Source of the DNA: an uncultured Gammaproteobacteria bacterium
Lineage (GTDB): Bacteria > Patescibacteriota > Microgenomatia > UBA8517
Assembly: GCA_964430475.1 (NCBI GenBank)
Contig: CAYSEQ010000002.1
Location: forward strand, 71,706 to 135,705
Length of the DNA stretch: 64,000 nt
Direction: 5' to 3'
In this document: positions 38,378 through 47,997 of the stretch, piece by piece
Layout of the letters: every line of letters starts with the position of its first letter
Position numbering within the stretch: position 1 is the stretch's first letter
Program-made: the position numbers and the translations under genes
The notes under the pieces: generated by a model
Told to the model about the DNA's origin: nothing
The model's database searches: none
Seen by the model: the letters and a program-made list of their open reading frames with translations, nothing else

Positions 38378-40772
38378 GAAGGTTTTTCCTCTTTTTTTAA
38401 TTTCAATCTCAATAGCTCTCTTTTTTTGGAAATTTTTCATCAAAGGCTATATTCCTATACCAGCTGATTTTGTTGTTGGGACCTATTACCCTTGGCTTGA
38501 CTATAAATGGGGTTACGAGGTTCAAGTTCCTGTAAAAAACCCAATAACAGCCGATGTTGTTTCCTTTTCATTTCCAGTCCAAAACTTAGCTATAGATCTT
38601 CTTAAGAAAAAAGAAATGCCTTTATGGAATCCTTATATTTTATCTGGTACTCCTCTTCTTGCGAATTTTCAATCTGCTCCTTTTGCCATCAACAATATTT
38701 TTTATGTTTTTTTTAAAACAGAGACAGCCTGGAGTTTAAAGATTATATCTCAACATTTTTTAGTAGCCCTTTTTACCTACCTTCTTTTAAGGTATTGGAA
38801 AGTTAGTAAATTTTCTTCTTTTTTGGGTGGCGTTCTTTTTGCTTTTTCGGGGTTTAATACAATTTGGTCTCAGTGGGGTGTTCACACACTTTCTTCTTCT
38901 TTTATTCCCCTTATTATTCTATTTTTGGATAAATATCTAAAGAGGAAGAAATTAAATGATTTGTTGTTCTTTTCCCTTTCTATTTTTTTACAAATTCTTT
39001 CTGGTTATCCCCAGTTGGTTTTGTATTCGTTTATTGCCATTCTTACACTTTTATTAGTAAGGTTTAGAAAAGAAAGAGAATTTTTGATAGGTGTTTTTGG
39101 AGTAATAACCTTTTTTATTTTTGGAATTTTACTTTCTTCTTTTCAACTTCTTCCAGCGTGGGAGCTTCTTGCTCTTTCTCAAAGAAAGGTTGAGTTTCTT
39201 GAATTTTCATCTGCATTTTTACCTTGGGCTAAGGTGATAACTTTTATAGCACCAGATTTTTTTGGTAATCCGTCAACTAGGAATTACTGGGGACCAACAG
39301 ATTACACAACTACTACTGGATTTGTGGGAGTTACCTCCTTTATATTAGCTTTTGCCGGTTTGTCTTCACTTAAGCAAAAAAGAGAAGTTCTTTTTTCAGG
39401 TTTGGTTGCTTTATTTTCATTGATTATCTCTTTTCCTACACCTTTGGCGATTCTTATTAGAAATTCACACCTTTTAGGTTTGCAAGCAGCTTCAGCTCAT
39501 AGAGCTTTAGTCCTTTTTAATTTCGCTATCTCTTGCTTAATGGCTTTTGGAATAGATTATCTTTCAAGGAAAAAGGTGAAGATTCTAAGAGTAATTTTTT
39601 TGACGGGTGTTTTGCTTCTTGCTTTTGGTGTTTATGCTCTTTTGGGCTATTTTAGCAGCAATCTGGATATCTTTCAGGGTTTAGTAGTATTTCCCAAGAA
39701 AGAAATGCTTTTTGTTTCTCTTAGGAATCTTGCTATACCAAACTTTTGTTTTTTTCTAACTCTTATTTTCTTGCTTATTTCCAACAAGAATTTATTGGGT
39801 TTTAGAAAGATTGCCCCCTTTTTGTTGTCTCTGCTTATTTTTTTGGAAGTTTTTAGATTTTTTGATAAGTTTACCCCCTTTTCTAAAAAAGAAATTTTTT
39901 ATCCCAGAACTCCTGTCTTAGACTTTCTTATTGACAAGATGGAAAAGGAAGGACCTTTCAGGGTTACAACAGAAGGAGTTATTCCAATTAACATCAAGAT
40001 GGTCTATAAAATAGAATCCCTAGAGGGCTATGATGCAGTTTATCCATTAGACATTGCAAAGTTTATAGCTGTAGTAAATAGTTTAAATCCAGAAGTAACG
40101 CCTCAAGGAAGGTATGCTTCTGTTTCTAATGTTAACTCGCATCTTCTAGACCTTGCTAATACGAGGTATTTTTTGGGATTGAAAGTTGGCCAAAAAGGAA
40201 ACTCTGAAAAAGAAGGAAATGTGGAATCAAGATTTAATTCAAAAAAGTTCTTAAAGGTATATGAAGATAAAACAACTGTTGTTCTTGAAAATAAGGATTT
40301 TTTACCAAGAGCTTTTGTTGTCTATGATTGGGAAGTGGTACCAAAAAGAGGTGAGATCTTAGAAAGGCTTGTTGATAAAAGTTTTCCTTTCAGAGAAAAA
40401 ATTCTCTTAGAGGAAGAGCCTAGAATTTTTTTGTCAAAAGAAAAATATCTTTCCCCAAGTGTTGATTACGAATTTTATTCAGCCCAAAAAAGTGTAATAA
40501 AAGTTAATTCTTCAAAAGAGGGTTTGCTTTTTGTTTCAGATCTTTTTTATCCCGGTTGGAAAGCCTTTGTTAATGAAAAGCCGGTAAGGATATTAAAAGC
40601 AAATTATGCTTTTAGAGCTGTTCCTATTCCTAAAGGAGAATCAAAAGTGATGTTTATTTATATTCCAGATTCCTTTAAAATAGGATTGTTTTTGTCAGGG
40701 TTCACTTTTATTTTTTTGTTAAGTTTATTGTTTTATGAATCAGTATTTCAAAAAGGCAGAAGAGCTTCATAA
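38340..40772 (+). CDS. YfhO-like GT-C membrane glycosyltransferase candidate (large, 810 aa)
   Basis: More than 14 TM segments. The C-terminal SDLFYPGWKAFVNEKPVRILKANYAFRAV resembles the YfhO-family C-terminal signature. Confidence 0.6.
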   Translation: MRNLKKVLQNFFKKVFPLFLISISIALFFWKFFIKGYIPIPADFVVGTYYPWLDYKWGYEVQVPVKNPITADVVSFSFPVQNLAIDLLKKKEMPLWNPYILSGTPLLANFQSAPFAINNIFYVFFKTETAWSLKIISQHFLVALFTYLLLRYWKVSKFSSFLGGVLFAFSGFNTIWSQWGVHTLSSSFIPLIILFLDKYLKRKKLNDLLFFSLSIFLQILSGYPQLVLYSFIAILTLLLVRFRKEREFLIGVFGVITFFIFGILLSSFQLLPAWELLALSQRKVEFLEFSSAFLPWAKVITFIAPDFFGNPSTRNYWGPTDYTTTTGFVGVTSFILAFAGLSSLKQKREVLFSGLVALFSLIISFPTPLAILIRNSHLLGLQAASAHRALVLFNFAISCLMAFGIDYLSRKKVKILRVIFLTGVLLLAFGVYALLGYFSSNLDIFQGLVVFPKKEMLFVSLRNLAIPNFCFFLTLIFLLISNKNLLGFRKIAPFLLSLLIFLEVFRFFDKFTPFSKKEIFYPRTPVLDFLIDKMEKEGPFRVTTEGVIPINIKMVYKIESLEGYDAVYPLDIAKFIAVVNSLNPEVTPQGRYASVSNVNSHLLDLANTRYFLGLKVGQKGNSEKEGNVESRFNSKKFLKVYEDKTTVVLENKDFLPRAFVVYDWEVVPKRGEILERLVDKSFPFREKILLEEEPRIFLSKEKYLSPSVDYEFYSAQKSVIKVNSSKEGLLFVSDLFYPGWKAFVNEKPVRILKANYAFRAVPIPKGESKVMFIYIPDSFKIGLFLSGFTFIFLLSLLFYESVFQKGRRAS

Positions 40773-41388
40773 AAAGGTTCCTCCCAATTGGTATTTTCAA
40801 TCTCTTAAGATAGATCTGCTACAAAGGTTTTGGCATAAGACAAGATTTAATGAAGTTGAAAAAGTGTTAGAAATTACAAAGGGAGTAATTCTTGATGTGG
40901 GGAGTGCTGATGGAGTTTTTACACATTTTATTCTTGAAAAAACAAAAGCAAGAAAGATAGTAGGTATAGATGTCCTAAGACCTTCGGTGGAATGGGCTAG
41001 GAAACACTGGAAAGATAAAAGAATGGAATTTAAAGTCGGTGATGCTCATGAGTTGAATTTTAAAAACGAGAGTTTTGATGCTGTATTTTGTTTAGAAGTC
41101 TTGGAACATGTCCACAATCCTAAAAGGGTTTTAAAAGAATTTAGAAGGGTTTTGAAAAGGGGAGGTTATGGGGTGTTTTTAGTACCTAGTGACAGTCTTC
41201 TTTTTAGAGTAATCTGGTGGCTGTGGCTTCATTTTTATCCTAGAGGTTGGGTATGGAGAGATACACACATTCAAACTTATAGAAATAATTATTTAACAAA
41301 GATTTGCAAGGAAGCCGGTTTTAAAATAGAGATAGACAAGAAATTTAATTTAGGCATGCTTCATTTGATAAAAGTTAGGAAGGACTAA
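40735..41388 (+). CDS. class I SAM-dependent methyltransferase
   Basis: Motif I ILDVGSADGVF, post-I acidic GIDV and motif II/III region FDAVFCLEVLEHV...LKRGG. Confidence 0.8.
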   Translation: MNQYFKKAEELHKKVPPNWYFQSLKIDLLQRFWHKTRFNEVEKVLEITKGVILDVGSADGVFTHFILEKTKARKIVGIDVLRPSVEWARKHWKDKRMEFKVGDAHELNFKNESFDAVFCLEVLEHVHNPKRVLKEFRRVLKRGGYGVFLVPSDSLLFRVIWWLWLHFYPRGWVWRDTHIQTYRNNYLTKICKEAGFKIEIDKKFNLGMLHLIKVRKD

Positions 41389-41397
41389 GGGGTTATT

Positions 41398-42309
41398 ATG
41401 AGAGAAACAATAAAAGATAAAAAAGTATCTATTATCATTCCAAATTTTAATGGTCGGGAGCTTTTGGAAAAGAATTTACCCAGTGTTATAAAAGCTAAAA
41501 AATATGTGCCAAATAGGATACTCGAGGTTATTGTTGTAGATGACGCATCAAGGGATGACAGTTGGGAGTTTGTTAAAAAGAACTTTTCTGAAGTAAAGTT
41601 AATAAGACATAGGGAAAATAGGGGGTTTTCTGCATCTGTTAACACAGGAGCAAGAGCGGCGAAGGGTGAAATTTTAGTCCTTTTAAATTCAGATGTCTCT
41701 CCCACAAGAGATTTTTTGGTTGAGGCAATTAGACACTTTAATAATGAGAATGTCTTTGGAGTTTCATTCCATGAGAAAGGTTTCAGTTGGGCAAGAGGGA
41801 AATTTAGCGATGGGTTTATCGTACACGAAAGTGGGAAAAATGATGGCAAAGTGCATGAAACATTTTGGATTAGTGGTGGAAGTGGAGCTTTTAGGAGACG
41901 CTATTGGATGGAGCTTGGGGGGATGGATGAGAAACTTTTCTCGCCATTTTATTGGGAGGATGTCGATATTTGCTATAGAGCTCAAAAAAGAGGTTGGATC
42001 TGCCTTTGGGAACCAAATTCTTTAGTTTATCACATGCATGAGGCAACCATAGGAAAATTAAATTTAAATTTTAGAAAAAGAATTCAAGAAAAAAATCAAC
42101 TTATTTTTATTTGGAAGAATCTTACCTCACCTGTACTTTTTCGTAAGCACTTGTTGGGTCTTTTGAAAAGGATTTACAAAAATCCCGGTTATATTAGGAT
42201 TCTTATTTTGGCAATTTCAAAAGTTAGGCTCATATTAAAAGCAAGAAAAAAAGAAAAAAAACAGGCTAAGATTTCAGATGAGTCAATTTTTGCTAGGTTT
42301 GCAAGTTAA
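41398..42309 (+). CDS. GT2 glycosyltransferase (DxD type)
   Basis: VSIIIPNFNG...VVDDASRDDS...LNSDVSP...YWEDVDICYR. Confidence 0.8.
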   Translation: MRETIKDKKVSIIIPNFNGRELLEKNLPSVIKAKKYVPNRILEVIVVDDASRDDSWEFVKKNFSEVKLIRHRENRGFSASVNTGARAAKGEILVLLNSDVSPTRDFLVEAIRHFNNENVFGVSFHEKGFSWARGKFSDGFIVHESGKNDGKVHETFWISGGSGAFRRRYWMELGGMDEKLFSPFYWEDVDICYRAQKRGWICLWEPNSLVYHMHEATIGKLNLNFRKRIQEKNQLIFIWKNLTSPVLFRKHLLGLLKRIYKNPGYIRILILAISKVRLILKARKKEKKQAKISDESIFARFAS

Positions 42310-42322
42310 GTATAACCTTTTT

Positions 42323-43156
42323 ATGTTGGATGTTTCTGTCATCATAGTTAGTTTTAATACCAAGGAATTAACTATCAAGTCTGTTAGATCAGTTTTGGGT
42401 GAGGGTTCAGATCTTAGTAAAGAGATAATAGTAGTGGACAATGCTTCAGATGATGGTTCACTAGAGGCATTATCTAGGATGAAGGATGAATATAAAAAAT
42501 CAAAGATAGGGATTAAGATTATAAAAAATCGTAAGAATTTAGGTTTTGCGAAGGCCAATAATCAGGGAATAAAGGTCGCAAAAGGGGAATATATTTTTCT
42601 TTTGAATTCGGACGCTTTACTTAAGAAGGGTTCACTTAGTAAACTCGTCAGTTTTGCAAAAGAAAGACCAGATGCGGGTGCTGTGGGACCAAGGCTTTTG
42701 AATCCTGACGGAACAACCCAAGCTTCAGCCTTTCGTTTTCCAGGCATCTTTCGTGCTATAAGGCAATACTGGTTAGGGGAAAAGGGACTTTTGGATAAGT
42801 ATATTCCGGAGACTAAAAATCAAGAGGCTACCAAAGTTGAATCATTAGTAATGGCAGCATTTTTAATTACCCCAAAAGCGTTGAAGGAAGTCGGGTTATT
42901 GAACGAGAGATATTTTATGTATTTTGAGGATTTAGACTATTGCAAAAGAATTCGGAAAAAGGGATTGAGTGTTTATTATCTGCCTACGGCAGAAGTTATA
43001 CATTACCACGGTGCAAGTGGAAAGAGATTATCAAATCAAGATAATCAGTGGAGACGCCTTATTCCATCAAGTAAAATTTACCATGGTATGTTTAAACATT
43101 ATCTTATAAATTTCATTATATGGTCAGGACAGAAATGTCAAAGAGTTTTTCATTAA
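42323..43156 (+). CDS. GT2 glycosyltransferase (DxD type, paralog of 35568 and 41398)
   Basis: VSVIIVSFNTKE...IVVDNASDDGS...GFAKANNQG...LNSDALL...YFEDLDYCKR. ATG at 42323 is preferred over the ORF-track start 42278. Confidence 0.8.
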   Translation: MLDVSVIIVSFNTKELTIKSVRSVLGEGSDLSKEIIVVDNASDDGSLEALSRMKDEYKKSKIGIKIIKNRKNLGFAKANNQGIKVAKGEYIFLLNSDALLKKGSLSKLVSFAKERPDAGAVGPRLLNPDGTTQASAFRFPGIFRAIRQYWLGEKGLLDKYIPETKNQEATKVESLVMAAFLITPKALKEVGLLNERYFMYFEDLDYCKRIRKKGLSVYYLPTAEVIHYHGASGKRLSNQDNQWRRLIPSSKIYHGMFKHYLINFIIWSGQKCQRVFH

Positions 43157-44874
43157 TCTCAAAAGTTCCGCTTATTTTTTTGATTTTAATATTGGCATTT
43201 TTGCTAAGGTTCATAAAAATTGAATCTGTCCCTGTATCTCTTTTTTCCGATGAGTTAGATGTTGGGTACCATGCGTATTCTTTAATCAAAACAGGTAAAG
43301 ATTACATGGGTCATAAACTTCCCTTGTACTTCGAGTCCTATTCTGATTTTAGAACTCCATTTTTAATTTATTCTGCGGTTCCAAGCGTATTTTTGTTTGG
43401 TATTTCACCTTTAGGTGTACGCTTGCCTGCCATTTTATTTGGCACTTTTGGTGTTTTAGTATTTTATTTACTTGTCGCCGAAATTTTTAGAGGTGAAGAT
43501 AGGAGAAAAACCAACTTAATGGCATTAGTAGCCGCTTTTGTATTAGCGGTTAGTCCCTGGCACATCCAATATTCTAGGGCAGGATTTGAAGCTACGGCAT
43601 TGGTTTTTTTTCTTTTACTTGGATTATATTTTTTTTTCAAGGGTGTAGATGATGAAAGATATCTCTTACTCTCGGCTTTATCCTTTGGAATCACTGTTTG
43701 GATATATAGCACGGCAAAACTTTTTACACCGATTTTAACTATTTTCCTTTTTTGGATTTATAAAAGAAATATCCTTCAGGTTTCTAAAAAGACTTTAATC
43801 TATAGCTTTCTAATTCTTGGTCCTTTTTTTGTTCCAATGGTTTACTTAACTTTTAGGGGTGGGGGAAATCAAAGATTTAACTATATAAGCGTTTTCACCG
43901 ATCCAGCTATAGAGGGAGAGATGTCTTTTCAAAGGCTTATCGATGCCCAGTTTGAAGGACCTCAAAGAAATCTACTTCAAAAAATAACCTCAAGACTTAT
44001 ACACAATAAATATTCATATTGGATTTCTAAAATTGTTCAAAATTACTTTGAGACATTTTCAATGCAGTTTTTATTTATGAAAGGGGATTTAAATTTAAGA
44101 CATTCGCCTGAGGGGATTGGACAATTTTATAAGATAGAAGTGATACCGTTACTTCTTGGATCTGCCTTATTTTTTCTAAATTTTAGCGATAGAAAATTTA
44201 AAAAGCTCTTGGCCCTTTGGATTTTTGTAGGAGCTTTACCTTCCGCGATTACTCGTGATGGTGGTCATCATGCAACGAGGCTGATTTTAATTCTTCCGCC
44301 ATTAATCATTCTTATTTCTTATGGAATTGTACAAACTTCCTTTCTTTTTAAAAACTTGAAATTAAGGATTATTTTTTGGGGGACTTATTTTTCTATATTT
44401 AGTATTTTATTTTTTCTTTATCTTCACACATTGTTTGTTCATAATCCTTGGTACTCTGAACGCTATTGGCATGCAGGATACAAGGAAATGATTGAGTCAT
44501 TAAAGGTTTTGGAAGAGAGGTATCAAAAGATCATTATCACAAACGCCTTAGACCAGCCTTATATTTTCCTTGCAGCTTATTACCCTATTCCTCCTGAAAT
44601 TTGGCAAAGAGGTTTTGAGGAGGAATATGTAGAGGGTTTTGGGGAACTTAGGAGAATAGACAAATTTTATTTTGGTCAGGTGGGTGAAGAGGGCATAAGT
44701 GTACTGGCAAATTTTTTGGATGAGAAAACGCTGTATGTCGCAGCTGAAAGAGAGGTTGGTGCCAATTTGATATTGGAACCCCAAAAAACTCCTAAAGGTC
44801 TTAAACTTGTTAAGGCAATTTCTTATCCTTCGGGAGAGCCGGCATTTTATCTTTTTGAAAAGGAAAGATCATGA
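43135..44874 (+). CDS. ArnT/PMT_2-like GT-C glycosyltransferase (array copy 1)
   Basis: FSDELDVGYHAYSLIKTGKDYMGH...DFRTPFLIY and SPWHIQYSRAGFEAT. C-terminal domain ITNALDQPYIFLAAYYPIPPE...SYPSGEPAFYLFE. Confidence 0.65.
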   Translation: MSKSFSLISKVPLIFLILILAFLLRFIKIESVPVSLFSDELDVGYHAYSLIKTGKDYMGHKLPLYFESYSDFRTPFLIYSAVPSVFLFGISPLGVRLPAILFGTFGVLVFYLLVAEIFRGEDRRKTNLMALVAAFVLAVSPWHIQYSRAGFEATALVFFLLLGLYFFFKGVDDERYLLLSALSFGITVWIYSTAKLFTPILTIFLFWIYKRNILQVSKKTLIYSFLILGPFFVPMVYLTFRGGGNQRFNYISVFTDPAIEGEMSFQRLIDAQFEGPQRNLLQKITSRLIHNKYSYWISKIVQNYFETFSMQFLFMKGDLNLRHSPEGIGQFYKIEVIPLLLGSALFFLNFSDRKFKKLLALWIFVGALPSAITRDGGHHATRLILILPPLIILISYGIVQTSFLFKNLKLRIIFWGTYFSIFSILFFLYLHTLFVHNPWYSERYWHAGYKEMIESLKVLEERYQKIIITNALDQPYIFLAAYYPIPPEIWQRGFEEEYVEGFGELRRIDKFYFGQVGEEGISVLANFLDEKTLYVAAEREVGANLILEPQKTPKGLKLVKAISYPSGEPAFYLFEKERS

Positions 44875-46166
44875 GAAATCTTTTTGTTTTTCTTTTCGCT
44901 TTCACTTTTTTATTTAGAATTATACTTTCATTTTTTGTTTGGCATCCGGATGTTAGGAATAATATGGATTGGGGAAAACGTTTTTACGAATACGGAGCTT
45001 CAAAATTTTATAGCCCTGAATCAAATGTCTGGAGTTTTCTTTGGCCTAATCAGCCACCAGGTTCTATTTACCTTTTTGCTTTCATATACAAAATCTATGA
45101 ATTTTTATTTTCCATTTTTTGGTTTTTAAATATTAAAATTAGGCTTTTTCCTTCAATAATAATTTCACTTTTATTTCCTCCGGAAATTCTTTTAGTAAAC
45201 AGTCTCTATTCAGCTCTTATGCATTTCCCAGGGATTATCTCCGATTTGCTTTTGGCATTCCTTATATATAAATCTTTGTTGGCTTTGGATAAAAAGAATG
45301 TTGCAAAATTGGCGGCATTGATTTTTTTACTAAACCCTGTTGTTTGGTACAATTCTTCAGTGTGGGGACAGTATGATTCTTTTGTTTTTCTTCTTGCGTT
45401 ATCAGGTTTTTATTTTTTAATTAATAAAAAACCCGTTCTTGCAAGCATTTCGTATTCTTTGTCTTTATATACAAAAGCAACACCCTTAATATTTTTACCC
45501 GTCTTTTTAGTTTACTGGTTTAAGAGTAAGTTTAGTTTGAAGGATCGTTTTCTTTCATTAACATTACCAATTTTATTAATTGGTTTTTTAACATTACCTT
45601 TTTCGCGTGGTGAACCTTTTTCTTGGTTATTTAATTTATATAAAGACAAGATATTTATTGAGCAAAGACAGGTTGTTACATCAAATGCCTTCAATATTTG
45701 GGCGGGATTAACAGGAATCTATCAAGTTTCACATTATGATTTCTTAGGACCTTTTACTTATAAGACATGGGGATTGATATTCTATTCAATCTCTTATCTT
45801 TTCCCACTTATTTTAATTTTCAAAAAAAGGGATATAAAAAGTCTTGTTTGGACACTAGCAATGGTTTCCATTTCTTCATTCTCTTTACTTACTAATATGC
45901 ATGAAAGGTATCTTTTTCCGTTTTTTCCGCTTTTCACTATAGTCACTTTTATGGATAAAAGATTATTTGGGATTTATGTCTTAATTAGCATATTAAATTT
46001 TTTAAACCTTTATAATTTTTGGTGGTTTCCAGATATAGGTTTTCTTAAAAGTTTTTTGTCGTATAATGAAGGAATAAACGCTAGAATCCTTGGATATTTG
46101 GAATTTTTTATATTTGTATTACTTTATCGAATATTTCTTAAAAAGTTTCTAAAGTATATTTTATAA
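44871..46166 (+). CDS. PIG-V/DUF2029-like GT-C membrane glycosyltransferase candidate
   Basis: ATGA overlap with the upstream gene. FLWPNQPPGSIYLF and NSSVWGQYDSF are shared with 28073 and 46191. Confidence 0.45.
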   Translation: MRNLFVFLFAFTFLFRIILSFFVWHPDVRNNMDWGKRFYEYGASKFYSPESNVWSFLWPNQPPGSIYLFAFIYKIYEFLFSIFWFLNIKIRLFPSIIISLLFPPEILLVNSLYSALMHFPGIISDLLLAFLIYKSLLALDKKNVAKLAALIFLLNPVVWYNSSVWGQYDSFVFLLALSGFYFLINKKPVLASISYSLSLYTKATPLIFLPVFLVYWFKSKFSLKDRFLSLTLPILLIGFLTLPFSRGEPFSWLFNLYKDKIFIEQRQVVTSNAFNIWAGLTGIYQVSHYDFLGPFTYKTWGLIFYSISYLFPLILIFKKRDIKSLVWTLAMVSISSFSLLTNMHERYLFPFFPLFTIVTFMDKRLFGIYVLISILNFLNLYNFWWFPDIGFLKSFLSYNEGINARILGYLEFFIFVLLYRIFLKKFLKYIL

Positions 46167-46190
46167 GCAAGAAACCAAGCCGTGAATTTT

Positions 46191-47420
46191 ATGAGTAAAA
46201 AAGGGATATTTGTTTTAGCTATCTTTGTTTATTTTCTGATTTCCCCTTTAACCTATCATCCAGATATAAAAACAATCTTTTATCTTTCCCAATTTCTTTC
46301 CAAGGGAATTTTAAATATTTATTCTTATTTGGAAACGACTCCAAGTGTTGCACAACTGGGGCAATTCGTATATCCTCCGCTTGCTTATATTTTTTACGGT
46401 ATTTTATTTGTTCCAGTTAAATTTATTGCGGGAGAAGGTTTTTCTACCTGGCTGGCTATGGGGAATGATGAGATCAACCACGCGCATATTTTCCGATACC
46501 TTTTTTTGATGAAACTTCCGGGAATATTGTTTCTTTTACTTACAGGTTATCTTTTATCTAGTTTTATTAAGGATGAAAAACAAGGAAGACTTGCTTTAAT
46601 TTTATGGTTTTTTAACCCTGTAAGTCTTTATGTAGTGGGTTTAATGGGTCAAATTGACATCGTACCTACTTTCATAACATTTCTTTCCCTTTTTTATCTA
46701 AATAAAAATCCTTATTTTTCGGCTTTCTTTTTGGGTTTAGGGGCTAGCTTTAAAACATATCCTTTAATCCTTATTCCTTATACTTCACTTCTTGTGCGAA
46801 AGACTTGGAAACATAGATTGTTAATTAGTATTTGCGGTTTTTTAACATTTATTTTTCTTATATTTCCTTTTGTCAAAACCCCGGCATTTTATCATGCAAG
46901 CTTGGTTTCAGGACTAACTAAAAGAATTTTTGAGCTGAAAATGTCGGTCGGATTTGAGGAGTATATCTTGATTTTACCGACAATACTTTTTCTGCTTCTT
47001 ATTTTAAGTTCATCGAAAAAATTTGGAGAAACTAAGAAATCCTTTGTTTATTTTTTCGGTGTCACCTTTTACTTGTTTTCGGGTTTGCATTTTCATCCCC
47101 AGTGGGCAATGTGGAGTATTCCATTTTTGATTTTAAGTGTTTTGGATTTTGTTCTTAGAAAAGAGGGTGATATCGTGTTATCAACAATCCTTTTTTTCTT
47201 GGGGTGGATTGGTGTTTTAGTACTTTATGATGATAAATTTTTGACATGGGGAATTTTGTCTCCTTTAGATCCAGGGGTTCTTTTTTTGCCCACCTTAAGT
47301 AGCTTTCTTAAGCCGTTTGTTGAACCGAATTTACTAAAAAGTGTTTTTCATAGTCTTATTCTTACCTCAGGTTCTTGGGTTTTTTTAAGAAGTTTGATTA
47401 ATAATGCAAAGATTAAATAA
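46191..47420 (+). CDS. PIG-V/DUF2029-like GT-C membrane glycosyltransferase candidate
   Basis: FVYPPLAYIFYG and VVGLMGQIDIV. Polytopic. An alternative GTG start lies at 46182. Confidence 0.45.
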   Translation: MSKKGIFVLAIFVYFLISPLTYHPDIKTIFYLSQFLSKGILNIYSYLETTPSVAQLGQFVYPPLAYIFYGILFVPVKFIAGEGFSTWLAMGNDEINHAHIFRYLFLMKLPGILFLLLTGYLLSSFIKDEKQGRLALILWFFNPVSLYVVGLMGQIDIVPTFITFLSLFYLNKNPYFSAFFLGLGASFKTYPLILIPYTSLLVRKTWKHRLLISICGFLTFIFLIFPFVKTPAFYHASLVSGLTKRIFELKMSVGFEEYILILPTILFLLLILSSSKKFGETKKSFVYFFGVTFYLFSGLHFHPQWAMWSIPFLILSVLDFVLRKEGDIVLSTILFFLGWIGVLVLYDDKFLTWGILSPLDPGVLFLPTLSSFLKPFVEPNLLKSVFHSLILTSGSWVFLRSLINNAKIK

Positions 47421-47997
47421 TTTTTTTCTACTGACATTATTTATTACATTCGTGTTTTTGGGCATAAACTTATTTGTTAGTTTATTTATGGTTCAAAATA
47501 GACTTGGTTTTCAACATTCTGGAGAAAAATTTGTTGAAATAAAAGAACCACTTTCTTTCGCTTATAAACCAACCTACGATAATTTTAATATATTAATTTT
47601 TACTTTTAAAAATCCTGTTTCCGCAAATCAGGAAAATTTTAGTCTTAAGATTCTTTCCGAAGAGAAAGTCATTAGGGAGATAACTTTTAGCGGCTTTAAC
47701 TTAGGAGATACACAGGATTTAAAATTTCAATTTGATCCCATATTGGATTCAAAGGGAAAAGAATTTAAAATTGAAATATCTGCCCAAAATTACCGTAACC
47801 CAATATTTATTAATGTGGACGATAAAGGTATACCATCTTTTAAGGCGTACTATAGAACCACTAAAAAATTTTTTGTCTTAAGAAACATCCTAAGTTCTTG
47901 GGTTAATTTTGTAAAAAGTGATTTAGTATTTTTCTCCATATGGTTTTTAATTCTTATCCTTACATCCATACTTGGATCTAGATATGCTAAAAAATAG
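47404..47997 (+). CDS. hypothetical bitopic protein: N-terminal TM anchor, soluble domain of about 130 aa, C-terminal TM
   Basis: The hydrophobic N-terminus LLTLFITFVFLGINLFVSLFMV and the C-terminus VFFSIWFLILILTSILG flank a beta-rich-looking central domain. Overlaps both neighbours. Confidence 0.4.
   Translation: MQRLNNFFLLTLFITFVFLGINLFVSLFMVQNRLGFQHSGEKFVEIKEPLSFAYKPTYDNFNILIFTFKNPVSANQENFSLKILSEEKVIREITFSGFNLGDTQDLKFQFDPILDSKGKEFKIEISAQNYRNPIFINVDDKGIPSFKAYYRTTKKFFVLRNILSSWVNFVKSDLVFFSIWFLILILTSILGSRYAKK

Noticed and set aside
41385-41849. 154-aa ORF antisense to GT2 gene 41398..42309, and similar small antisense or out-of-frame ORFs (for example 51461..52147 and 62366..63195)
   Set aside because: All are nested within longer ORFs that carry recognisable domain signatures. 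None has a motif of its own.
42241-42262. Poly-A/poly-K tract near the 3' end of GT2 gene 41398..42309 as a possible phase-variation site
   Set aside because: Homopolymeric A/T runs are ubiquitous in this AT-rich sequence. The tract encodes a plausible Lys-rich C-terminal tail, so there is no specific evidence of slipped-strand switching.
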